IMG/VR virus record: IMGVR_UViG_3300018984_000007
Span: 1 to 52,941 of that record
Length of the DNA: 52,941 bases
Strand: one strand, 5' to 3'
Source: a virus
Taxonomy: Duplodnaviria > Caudoviricetes
The notes under the pieces were generated by a model. It was not told the DNA's origin. It did not search any database and was given only the letters and a program-made list of their open reading frames with translations. Position 1 is the first letter of the stretch. Every line of letters starts with the position of its first letter. Positions 1 through 8,900 of this stretch are shown in pieces. Made by a program: the position numbers and the translations under genes.

Positions 1-4
1 TTCG

Positions 5-130
5 GTGGTGGCGGTTTCCCCGGTTCGGTGGTGGTCCCGGACCATCGCGGCTTACCTCATCACGCTAACTTACAAGCGTGGCAAGGACGTTCCCGAGGAC
101 GAGCCAGCTCGGCTGCGGTACGACGAAGTG
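5..130. repeat. 126-bp terminal direct repeat (copy 1); circular assembly overlap
   Basis: Identical to 52816-52941; the ORF running off the right end continues in frame into 5..331. Confidence 0.95.
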
Positions 131-331
131 ATGAAGATGCTGGAAGGGATCAGCAAGGGGGACATTTCCTTGCCGTTCCCCGCATCGCCGGACTTGCCGA
201 CCAACGTCTCAGGTGATGTGTTCATCTTCAACATGTACGAGGGGAACCTCTTCGCTCCGGCCGACTTCCGACTGGGCCACAGTTACCCGATCGATGGTTG
301 GCCCCGTTGGGGGTTTGATTATGGCGGGTGA
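5..331 (+). CDS. Head-tail adaptor (Mu gp36/DUF1320-like), 3' part; gene starts at 52627
   Basis: Joined protein MYSSVDDVR...IQDAIAEADGIISVHIASRYEIPL...IAAYL...RYDEVMKMLEGISKGDISL has the gp36-like pattern; follows the capsid genes. Confidence 0.75.
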   Translation: MVAVSPVRWWSRTIAAYLITLTYKRGKDVPEDEPARLRYDEVMKMLEGISKGDISLPFPASPDLPTNVSGDVFIFNMYEGNLFAPADFRLGHSYPIDGWPRWGFDYGG

Positions 332-761
332 CTTCCATGCTCGGACTCAGCGGCTGATGGACAACCCTGGTGGCGGCAAGCTCATCTTCAAGATCTCGTT
401 CGACCAGGTCTACGCGCGTTACCAGCACGAGCGTCGGGACCTTTACCACCCGAGGGGTGGCGGTCCTGGATACCTCCGCAATGCGCTTAACGCGAATGCT
501 GCTCGTACGTTGCAGGCTCTTGCAGATGCAACTCTTCGTGGCAACCAGTCGATCGCGATGATCCGGGCGGCTCAGCGAACTGCGCAAGTAGCGGAGTCGG
601 GTGCGCCGGTAGAGACAGGTGAGCTTAAGAAGGATGCGGAGATCAAGGTTTACGACCGGGGCGCGCTGATTTTCCACCGTCCGTCGAAGGCTCCCGGCCG
701 CGAACCCAACAGCAGGCGTCGGACCGGCCGTCCGTCGCGGGCAAAGCGGACACCACGATGA
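321..761 (+). CDS. Neck/tail-completion protein (HK97 gp10-like)
   Basis: YARYQHE and APVETGELK motifs; lies between adaptor and tail terminator; ATG at 321 preferred to 213. Confidence 0.6.
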   Translation: MAGDFHARTQRLMDNPGGGKLIFKISFDQVYARYQHERRDLYHPRGGGPGYLRNALNANAARTLQALADATLRGNQSIAMIRAAQRTAQVAESGAPVETGELKKDAEIKVYDRGALIFHRPSKAPGREPNSRRRTGRPSRAKRTPR

Positions 762-1153
762 TCCTGATGAAGGACCTCATCCAGGAACTACGTGACTACC
801 TCGAAAACCCCGTTCTGGAGATCGTGCCTGGGCCGGATGACCCCGATACTTCCGAACGGTTCATTAAGTTGACCCGCACTGGTGGTGTGGGACTCGACCT
901 GGACGATCTGTTCGACCGTGTCGATATCGCGGTCGAGGTTGCCGGGGCACAAGGCGATTACGACGACGCGGAATCGCTGGCGTTCGAAGTCGACAGGTTC
1001 TTCCTGCGGCATGAAATGGGCAGAATGAGCGGCGCTCGGCTGTTGTCTTTTACCAGGGGTGGCGGTCCTTCGGCACTTCGGGTGGACGACGCTCAACGTC
1101 ACCATTTTGTGTGCAGTTACACTGCACATGTACAATCGGCACTAACGGCCTAG
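758..1153 (+). CDS. Tail terminator
   Basis: 131 aa with TRTGG and C-terminal RHHFVCSY; ATGA overlap; upstream of major tail gene. Confidence 0.65.
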   Translation: MILMKDLIQELRDYLENPVLEIVPGPDDPDTSERFIKLTRTGGVGLDLDDLFDRVDIAVEVAGAQGDYDDAESLAFEVDRFFLRHEMGRMSGARLLSFTRGGGPSALRVDDAQRHHFVCSYTAHVQSALTA

Positions 1154-1161
1154 GAGGACCT

Positions 1162-1386
1162 GTGGCAAACGCAACACAGCCGACACCCAGCGATAAGGTT
1201 GTCGTTAAGGCTCAGACCGGTTATTCGATCGACGCCATGGGCGCCGAGGGTCTGGAGGACGTTCCCGTCGTCGACGACCGCACTGGCGTCGAGATGACCC
1301 GTGAGCAGGCCGAGAAGCTTCGGTCCCTGGCTCGTCAGCAGGACGTGTCGATCACCGTCACGGCCAAGAAGGAGGATGACCAGTGA
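1162..1386 (+). CDS. Hypothetical virion-module protein
   Basis: AGGAGG RBS then GTG at 1162; coupled to major tail start. Confidence 0.6.
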   Translation: MANATQPTPSDKVVVKAQTGYSIDAMGAEGLEDVPVVDDRTGVEMTREQAEKLRSLARQQDVSITVTAKKEDDQ

Positions 1387-1961
1387 CCACCGGTGTTCTC
1401 TATGACGCCAACAATGTTGCCGTTGGTAACGCCACGTGCTGGTACAAGCCGTGGACCGCCACCCCCTCTGTTCCGGTCGCTGACGCCACTGCTGTCTTCA
1501 CTACCACTGCGTGGGAGACTGCATCTTGGGTCAACATGGGTGGTACTGACGAGGGCTTCAAGGTCAACGTCGAGACGAGCCTGACCGAGCTGATGATCGA
1601 AGAGCAGTCCACCCCGGTGGCGCAGTCGGTCGAGTCACGAGGCATCACGATCGAGGCGGCTCTGGCCGAAGACACGATCGAGAACATCAAGCTCGCCTGG
1701 AACGGTGGTACCATTGCGGTTGGCGCTGGCCCGCCTGCCAAGAAGACCATCACCCTCACCGACACGATCAACTACTGGACGATCGTGTTGGAGATGCGCA
1801 ACTGGATGGGGTTCGCCCGGCGAATTTACATCCCGAAGACCACCATCAACGCGTCCGGTACGACCGCATTCCGACGTGCGGCCGACAAGCGACTGTACCC
1901 TCTGCGGATCACGTCGATCTGTGCACCTAGCCAGATCCAGATCGTCGAGTTCTCCGCCTGA
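1383..1961 (+). CDS. Major tail (tube) protein
   Basis: 192 aa; W..MGGTDEGFKV tail-tube motif; upstream of chaperones and tape measure. Confidence 0.8.
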   Translation: MTTGVLYDANNVAVGNATCWYKPWTATPSVPVADATAVFTTTAWETASWVNMGGTDEGFKVNVETSLTELMIEEQSTPVAQSVESRGITIEAALAEDTIENIKLAWNGGTIAVGAGPPAKKTITLTDTINYWTIVLEMRNWMGFARRIYIPKTTINASGTTAFRRAADKRLYPLRITSICAPSQIQIVEFSA

Positions 1962-2002
1962 CCTAGTTTCACCCACTCACCCGGCATAGTGAGGTCCTTT
2001 TC

Positions 2003-2377
2003 ATGGCACAGTTCAATGCAGCCAAGGCTGTCGACCCGATCAATATCAATCTCAAGCCGTACGTCGACCTGGAAACGACGATTCCTGAACCGTCGACCAA
2101 AGCGATGACGGAGTTTCAGAACGTGCTCGTGTCCATGGCCAAGGAACTGAACATCAAGCCCGGCCAGCAGATGGACCTGGCAGCCATGGCAGAGATGCCC
2201 GAGGACGCGGCCAACGTCATCGCGGACAAGATGCAGGCAGCAATCATCGGATTGTGCGGTGGCGCTATCACCGACGCACACCTGGACGCGCTTCCCTTCC
2301 GCGTCAAGATCGCGTTCATCACGTGGTTGACGGGTGAGATCAGCCCGGAAGCCTCGACCCCCGGTACGAACAGGTAA
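2003..2377 (+). CDS. Tail assembly chaperone (G-like)
   Basis: Between major tail and tape measure; overlapped by an open -1 frame. Confidence 0.75.
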   Translation: MAQFNAAKAVDPININLKPYVDLETTIPEPSTKAMTEFQNVLVSMAKELNIKPGQQMDLAAMAEMPEDAANVIADKMQAAIIGLCGGAITDAHLDALPFRVKIAFITWLTGEISPEASTPGTNR

Positions 2378-2631
2378 CCGGGGGCGAAGACAACCGACTG
2401 CGTTGGTACTTGGCGAGGCGGTACTTTCAACTCAATCCGGCTGAGTGGGACGCGCTACCTTGGTGGGAAGCTCGACTCCTAATCGAGGGGTTGGAGCAAG
2501 AAGGTATCCTCGGGGACCCCGATAACCCTGAGCGTAGCCCGACCACCCAAAATCAGCCCTTAAAGGGCATAGATCTCACTAGTGCGGACCTGAACTCCGT
2601 CGGGGGTTTTCAAGTTCGCCGTGCCGGGTGA
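2344..2631 (+). CDS. Tail assembly chaperone extension (T-like), probably reached by -1 frameshift
   Basis: -1 frame open from 2338 to 2631 (..YLARRYFQLNPAEWDALPWWE..); candidate slip site C CCG GAA at 2344-2350. Confidence 0.6.
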   Translation, partial: PGSLDPRYEQVTGGEDNRLRWYLARRYFQLNPAEWDALPWWEARLLIEGLEQEGILGDPDNPERSPTTQNQPLKGIDLTSADLNSVGGFQVRRAG

Positions 2632-2645
2632 GATGAAGAAGGGGA

Positions 2646-5036
2646 GTGGTTCAGATCGGAACGTTCGACGCCGGAAAAATTGAGGCGGTTCTGACTCTGG
2701 ACCGCTCCCCCTTCAAGAGGGAACTGGCGGCAGCCCGCGCCGAGGTTGCAACGTTTGAAAAGAAGAAGCTAAACAAGACGCTGCACCTTGATGCCGACGT
2801 CGCTGCCGCGTTGGGTGAACTCGAAGCTGTCGACGAGGCTGTCGACAAGATCCCCGAAAAGAAGACCACCAAGATCAACATCGAGACGGGTAACGGCGTC
2901 TCGCGGACCCAAGCTCTCATCACGGCGGTCCTGGCCGGGCTCCCCCTGATTCCTGCCGTTGCGGCTCCAGCTGCTGCGGGCATCATGGGGTTGAGCGCAT
3001 CGCTTACGGCGGCGGCCGGTGGAGCCGTGATCCTGACGGCCGGACTCGTCGGCGCGGTGCAGCGATTCAATGAGGTGAAGGAAGCTGGGGGTCGGATGAC
3101 CCCTGAAATGCTTAAGTTCGGCGCGGCGATCAGTGTCCTCGGCACCCAGTGGGATCGGTTTATCGCCGTAACCCAAAATATGTCGTTCACTGTGATGACG
3201 ACCGGCATCAAGATCCTGTCGGATCTGCTGCCCCGTCTGGTCCCCGTCTTCACAGCTTTTGCCAACGTGGCCAACGGCGCGTTGAAGGCAGTCGGTGGTT
3301 GGTTCAACGGACCTGAGGGCCAGGCCATGTTGACCTGGTTCCAGACCTTCGGAGCCATGCAGTTCGGCGTGATCCTGGGTATTCTGGGCGACATGGGTCG
3401 CATCTTCATCAACCTAATGATGGCATTCTCTCCGTTCGCCACCACCATGATGAACGGGTTGCGGAGCCTGACGACCGGTTGGGTCGCCTGGTCTGCAGCG
3501 CTCAGCTCCAACACCGGGTTCCAGGAGTTCATGGCTTACGTTCAGCAGATCGGCCCGCAGGTCCTGGCGACCATGGGGTCGTTGGTCAACGCGATCGGCG
3601 CGATCCTGCGAGCGCTGGCTCCGCTCGCGCCGGTCCTGCTGTCCGTCATCAAGGGGTTCGCGGACTTCATCTCCGGGATGAACCCGGCCGTGCTGACCGG
3701 CATCATCGTGGCGGTCGGCAGCTTGGTCGCCGTCTGGACCGCGTACGAGGCGGTTGCCTCGATCGTGCGGGCCGGGATGATCCTGTGGACTGCGTTGATG
3801 GGAGCCTGGCGCGCGGTCACTATGCTGGCGACGGCGGCTCAGTGGCTGTTGAACGCGGCGTTGCTGGCGAACCCGATCGGCCTCGTAATCATCGCAATCG
3901 TCGCGTTGGTCGCGGCGCTGGTCATCGCTTACCAGAACAGCGAGACGTTTCGTAATATCGTCAATGCGGCGTGGGCTGCGATCAAAACCGCCATTGCCGC
4001 GACAATAAACTGGATCGTCAATACCGCTGTTCCCTGGGTGATGAATGCCGCGACTCAGATCGCAGCGTTCTTCACCCGGATGAAGGATCGGGTCGTCTCG
4101 GACTGGAACGCGCTATACGCTCGCGTCTCCGCGATCGTGAACACCATTCGAGCGGTGATCACGGCGGTAGTTGCGGCGATCGTGGCCCGCGTGGTTAGCG
4201 ACTTCAACACGATCCGCAACTTCGTCACCACGGCGGTAAACGCGGTGCGGGCGGTCATGACGGCTCAGTTCAATGCGGCGCGGACCGCCGTCACGACAGC
4301 TGTCAACGCGGTCAGGACGGCGGTCACCGCAGCGTTCAACGCGGTCAGGTCCGTGGTGTCGGCGGTCACCTCCGCCGTCTCAGCCGACGTTAGCTCCCGA
4401 TTCAACGCGGTTCGATCGGTCGTGACCTCCGTCGCGAACGCGGTCCGGGCCGTGGTTACGTCGCAGTTCCAGGCGGCTCGCGCCGCAGCGGTTGCCGCGT
4501 TTGCGGCGATGTACGCAGCGGTTGTGGGCCGGATGAACGCGATGCGCTCGACGATCGCAGGCGTGGCCAGCTCGATCCGGGGGATCTTCGCCGGAGCCGG
4601 TGGTTGGCTGGTCGGCGCAGGGCGGGCGATCATCGACGGTCTGATCTCCGGTGTCCGGTCCGGCATCGGCGCATTGCAAGGAATGCTCAGCTCCGTCACC
4701 AACATGATCCCGGACTGGAAGGGGCCGCGTGAGCGTGACGCGATCCTGCTCCGTCCGGCCGGTCGACTAATCATGAAGGGTCTCATCGGCGGAATCAAGG
4801 ACCAGATTAACCCGTTGAAGAGCACCCTCGCCGGAATTACCGACATGGTGGGTGGCGGTTCTTACGGGTTGGCCGGTGCGACAGGGGGTGGCGGTTCTTT
4901 GGCCCTGCGCGGTACAATGGCTCCAGCGCCTATGGCCGTCACGTTCAACAACTATTACCCGGTTGCTGAGCGCTCTTCCGAAAGGGCCACCCGTCAGATG
5001 ACCGAAATGGCAGTGTTGGGGGTGTTCAGCAGGTAA
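2646..5036 (+). CDS. Tape measure protein
   Basis: 796 aa, Ala-rich; LLANPIGLVIIAI motif; roughly 11-residue F/W-spaced repeats; canonical position. Confidence 0.9.
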   Translation: MVQIGTFDAGKIEAVLTLDRSPFKRELAAARAEVATFEKKKLNKTLHLDADVAAALGELEAVDEAVDKIPEKKTTKINIETGNGVSRTQALITAVLAGLPLIPAVAAPAAAGIMGLSASLTAAAGGAVILTAGLVGAVQRFNEVKEAGGRMTPEMLKFGAAISVLGTQWDRFIAVTQNMSFTVMTTGIKILSDLLPRLVPVFTAFANVANGALKAVGGWFNGPEGQAMLTWFQTFGAMQFGVILGILGDMGRIFINLMMAFSPFATTMMNGLRSLTTGWVAWSAALSSNTGFQEFMAYVQQIGPQVLATMGSLVNAIGAILRALAPLAPVLLSVIKGFADFISGMNPAVLTGIIVAVGSLVAVWTAYEAVASIVRAGMILWTALMGAWRAVTMLATAAQWLLNAALLANPIGLVIIAIVALVAALVIAYQNSETFRNIVNAAWAAIKTAIAATINWIVNTAVPWVMNAATQIAAFFTRMKDRVVSDWNALYARVSAIVNTIRAVITAVVAAIVARVVSDFNTIRNFVTTAVNAVRAVMTAQFNAARTAVTTAVNAVRTAVTAAFNAVRSVVSAVTSAVSADVSSRFNAVRSVVTSVANAVRAVVTSQFQAARAAAVAAFAAMYAAVVGRMNAMRSTIAGVASSIRGIFAGAGGWLVGAGRAIIDGLISGVRSGIGALQGMLSSVTNMIPDWKGPRERDAILLRPAGRLIMKGLIGGIKDQINPLKSTLAGITDMVGGGSYGLAGATGGGGSLALRGTMAPAPMAVTFNNYYPVAERSSERATRQMTEMAVLGVFSR

Positions 5037-5905
5037 TGGCCACTACATCCACTCACGCTGTCACGGTTGAAGGTGTCCGGTTGGACACCTTGGCCTACAA
5101 CATCGAGACAAAGACTGGCTGGGACCTGGGTCAGACGGCTCGTGGTTCGAACAGTGAAGTACCAGGCAAGGATGGGGAGTTGTGGACCCCAAACAAGCGC
5201 GAGGCGGCTGGTCGATTCGCCCTGCAAATGTGGGTTGCCGGAACGGATGTGGACGGCGTTCCTGGGTCTGACGGATACATGACGTTCCGCCAAAACCTGG
5301 ACATGTTAAGGACAATCTTTGGCAAACGACACAAGCTGCTTACCGTTACCTTGGCGTACGGTGGAACGGTCGGGACCCGTGAGTTTCTGGGTGAAGTGGT
5401 CCAGGCTTATGACCCCACGATGCTGGGGTCAGGACGTGCCGGGCGGTTCACTGTTCTATTCAACGTTCCGGACGTTTACTGGCGCGATACTGCTGATCAA
5501 AACTACGACCTCACCAACGCAACCGTAGGCCAGAAGACGTTGACCGCTTTTGCGGGAGCGACTGCGAATATGAGGGACTTAATCGTTGTCTTCGACGGAC
5601 CCTGGACCAACCCAAGCATCGTCGACGACGCCACAGGTCACACTTTATCGTATAGTGGTACCATCGGTTCCGGGACCCAATGGAACGTGGACACCACAGC
5701 TCATACCAGTAGGACCGGATCAAGCATTGCCTTCACGGCCAATGGCACGCAGGCGATGCTGGCAACGTCTCGTTCTGGCGCTCACGCGCCAGGGCTCTTC
5801 GGACTGACACCAAACGGATCTACCGCCCCCACCGTGACCATCGGCGGATCCGGTACCAGCACCGGATCACGGGTTCGGATCAGGGGACGGAGGAAGTACC
5901 GTTGA
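5036..5905 (+). CDS. Distal tail (Dit-like) minor tail protein
   Basis: Directly after tape measure; EVPGKDG and FNVPDVYW motifs. Confidence 0.75.
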   Translation: MATTSTHAVTVEGVRLDTLAYNIETKTGWDLGQTARGSNSEVPGKDGELWTPNKREAAGRFALQMWVAGTDVDGVPGSDGYMTFRQNLDMLRTIFGKRHKLLTVTLAYGGTVGTREFLGEVVQAYDPTMLGSGRAGRFTVLFNVPDVYWRDTADQNYDLTNATVGQKTLTAFAGATANMRDLIVVFDGPWTNPSIVDDATGHTLSYSGTIGSGTQWNVDTTAHTSRTGSSIAFTANGTQAMLATSRSGAHAPGLFGLTPNGSTAPTVTIGGSGTSTGSRVRIRGRRKYR

Positions 5906-8900
5906 GTCTCAGCTTTCGCATTCTTAACCTGGATACCGCAGCCTACATCGGTGACGTAATCGATTTCACCAGCGTCAAGGCATCATTCGAGTACTCCGGC
6001 GTCGGCGCGCTCAACATCGAGCAGCCGCTGACCGGCCGGTTCGCCAACTTGCTCACCACCGACGTTGAGGTGGTCGCGTACTGGAACAATACTGAAATCC
6101 GCAATGGACGTTGGGTGGTTCGCGGCAAGCAGGGTGAGACCGTTGATGACAGTGGCGGTCGGGTGGGTCTGGGAGGGTTGAGCTGGGCTGACGTTCTGCG
6201 CAAGGTGGTCGTCTACGCCGACACCACCTTCACAGCTCAGACTCCCGGCGCGATCATCCGAACCTTGCTGCAGACCGCCACCACCCGTGGGGCATTCGGT
6301 GCGGCGAACACGACCACTTCTACGTTTTCGAACACCCTGGATTCCAAAGGTGTTGCGTGGGCTAACAGCCTCACGATCACCTACCAGGCTGGCGCAACTT
6401 ACCGTCAGATTCTAGAGTCGCTGGCTGACCGTGGTCTGATTGACTTCGAGTTCGCCGGTCGCGACTTGATGATGTACAACGGCACCACGATGGGGACTAC
6501 CAAGGACGTGGTCCTGGCGGCCGGACGGCACGTCAAGGAGACCCCGTTCAAGGAGTCGACCGAGAATAAGGTTAACTACGTCCTGGTTGAGGGTGACAAT
6601 GGGCTGCTGACTGAGCGGTTCGTGTCAGGTCCCCGACGCGAGGAGTCGTTCCAGTCGCAGTCCGGCATCAAGGATGCGGGTACGCTCGCGGTTCTTGGGG
6701 ACTCGTACCTCACATCAGCCTCGATCACGAAATCACAACGCACCACCAAGATTGCGTCAGCCTCGTTGGTTCAGCCGTTCCAGGATTTTAACGTCGGGGA
6801 CTCGATCATCTACGACGATGGTTCAGGTCCGCAGACGATGCGAGTGCGTCAGATCACGGTCGAGATCGACAACGACGGCCGGATGGAAACGTCGCTAATC
6901 TTGAACGACCGTATCCTTGAAGATGAAATTGTTCGAGCGAAGACTCTGACGGCGCTCGCCGGAGGTGTTACGTCGGGAACAGTCGGCGCTCCCGAGACTG
7001 ACGTGGTCACGGACACCACGATCCCCAAAGCTCCGGCATCCGCAACCGCTTCCAGTTCGGCCTACGTCGACCAGACTAACGGTCGATCCTACGCGCAGGC
7101 GACCGTTACCTGGCCTGCGGTTACGCAAAACACCGACAATACGGCTATCGATGATCTTCACGCATACGAGGTCAAGTACCGAACCGACACCGCCACCCCC
7201 GCAACGACCCCAACCTCGTTGGCCCCGGCCACCCGATACGACACCCTTACGGCGCGGTTCGACCGACGCGGCAAGACCTACGGTTGGACGACCGGTATCA
7301 TGCATGGGTCGTGCCGGGCCGGAGGTCGGGACTGGTTTGACTTCGCAGACACCCGGATCGGCACTGCCAACGCACTCGGTGTGTTCACCACCACGGCCCA
7401 TTTGGTCCGCAACTCGATGGTACTGTTGGATCCAACCAACAACGCGTCATGGGATGCTCGCTGGGGCAAGGCCAATATGCTCACGGCGAATGATGCCAGC
7501 TTGGAAGCCGCGATCGGCACGTGGCGCGCGGACTCAAACTGCTCCGTCAGCCGGATCACGAGCACGGCCAAGCACGGGACGGCATCACTACAGGTCACCG
7601 TGACGGCTGCGGGGGACGCCGTAGCCACCACCGGTCTTGGGAGCGCCAGCGGCTGGTACGCAGTCACGGCGGCCACTCAGTACACGGTCCACGCTTACGC
7701 CCGTGAGACTTCCGGCACGGCCAAGAACTACACCGTTGGAATTCGCTGGTGGAATGCCTCCGGCACTCTGATCTCCACCACTGAATCCTCGTCCATGGCC
7801 GGTACGCAGTCGGGTTCCGGCGCGCACCGCCGACTCGCAGCAACGTTTACTTCTCCGGCGCTGGCAGTTCGCGCTGCGATCGTGGTTCGGGTTGTCGCTG
7901 GAACCTTGTCGCAGACACACTCGATCGACTGCGCTGGACTTTACCTGGGCGACAACATGATGTCATCTTGGTCGCTTCCCGGCACCGGATCGCATGTTGC
8001 GCTGATCACCCCCGAAGAAGTCAACCTCGCCACGTCAAATTATCTGCGGGCCGAGACGATGTGGACCTCGGGCGGCAAGGTCTATGCGATGTATTCGCTG
8101 TGGCCCGCCGCGACCTCCATCTATATCGCCCGATGGGACGCGACGACATTTGCGTTCGAGTGGTTCGCAGCGTTCCGCACGAGTGAGACCGTGGTCTGGG
8201 GTCGGACCTCGTGGGAGAACGCGACCTACTCGTACATCTACGGTTCAACAACGGCAGCTCCCACCTCCATGTTCCTTATGCGGGTTCCTGTCGGTAACCC
8301 GCTGGGAACGCAGGAGTTCTGGACCGGTGCTGCGTGGTCGGTCACCCGTGCGTCGGCTGCTGCGGTCTCCTCACTGAACAAAGGTCTGTCCAGTCTGACG
8401 CAGATCGGTGCGTCCTACTGGGGCATCACGATTTCGGCGAATAACCAGATTCGGCTCTACACATCGGCCGCGCTGGAATCGGGTTGGTCCGAGGTCGGCC
8501 TTGTGGCGTACATGTCGGAGGTCAACGGCACGACTGTAGTCGCGTCGGACGCCAAAATCCACCGACAGTTCGACAGTGCCGACGGTATCGTCATGTCGTA
8601 CTCGGCAGACGGCACGATCAATGGTCTGCAGAAGACCCGATACATGGTACCAAAGTTCCTGCGCGGACCCAAGGGATCGGTAACCGCACCCACTCCAATC
8701 ACTCCCTCATCGGCCACGATCACCATCGAAGCCGGAACTCTGGTCGCGTACGTTTCCGGCCTGCAGGTAAACGGTAACTTCGTCGCGTCCGTCCGAGCGG
8801 TGGACAACTCTGGCAACGCGTCCGGGTGGACCGACTCGAACGTTATTCGGTTGGCGGATGACACCACCCCGCCTCCGGCCCCGTCGATGCCACAGGTCGC

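Noticed and set aside
5-130. Terminal repeat as a biological DTR
   Set aside because: It lies mid-gene and its length is typical of an assembler k-mer overlap; read as circularity, not a physical end
4180-4520. Repetitive GCGGT-rich DNA in tape measure as a DNA repeat element
   Set aside because: Explained by the protein's 11-residue helical repeats
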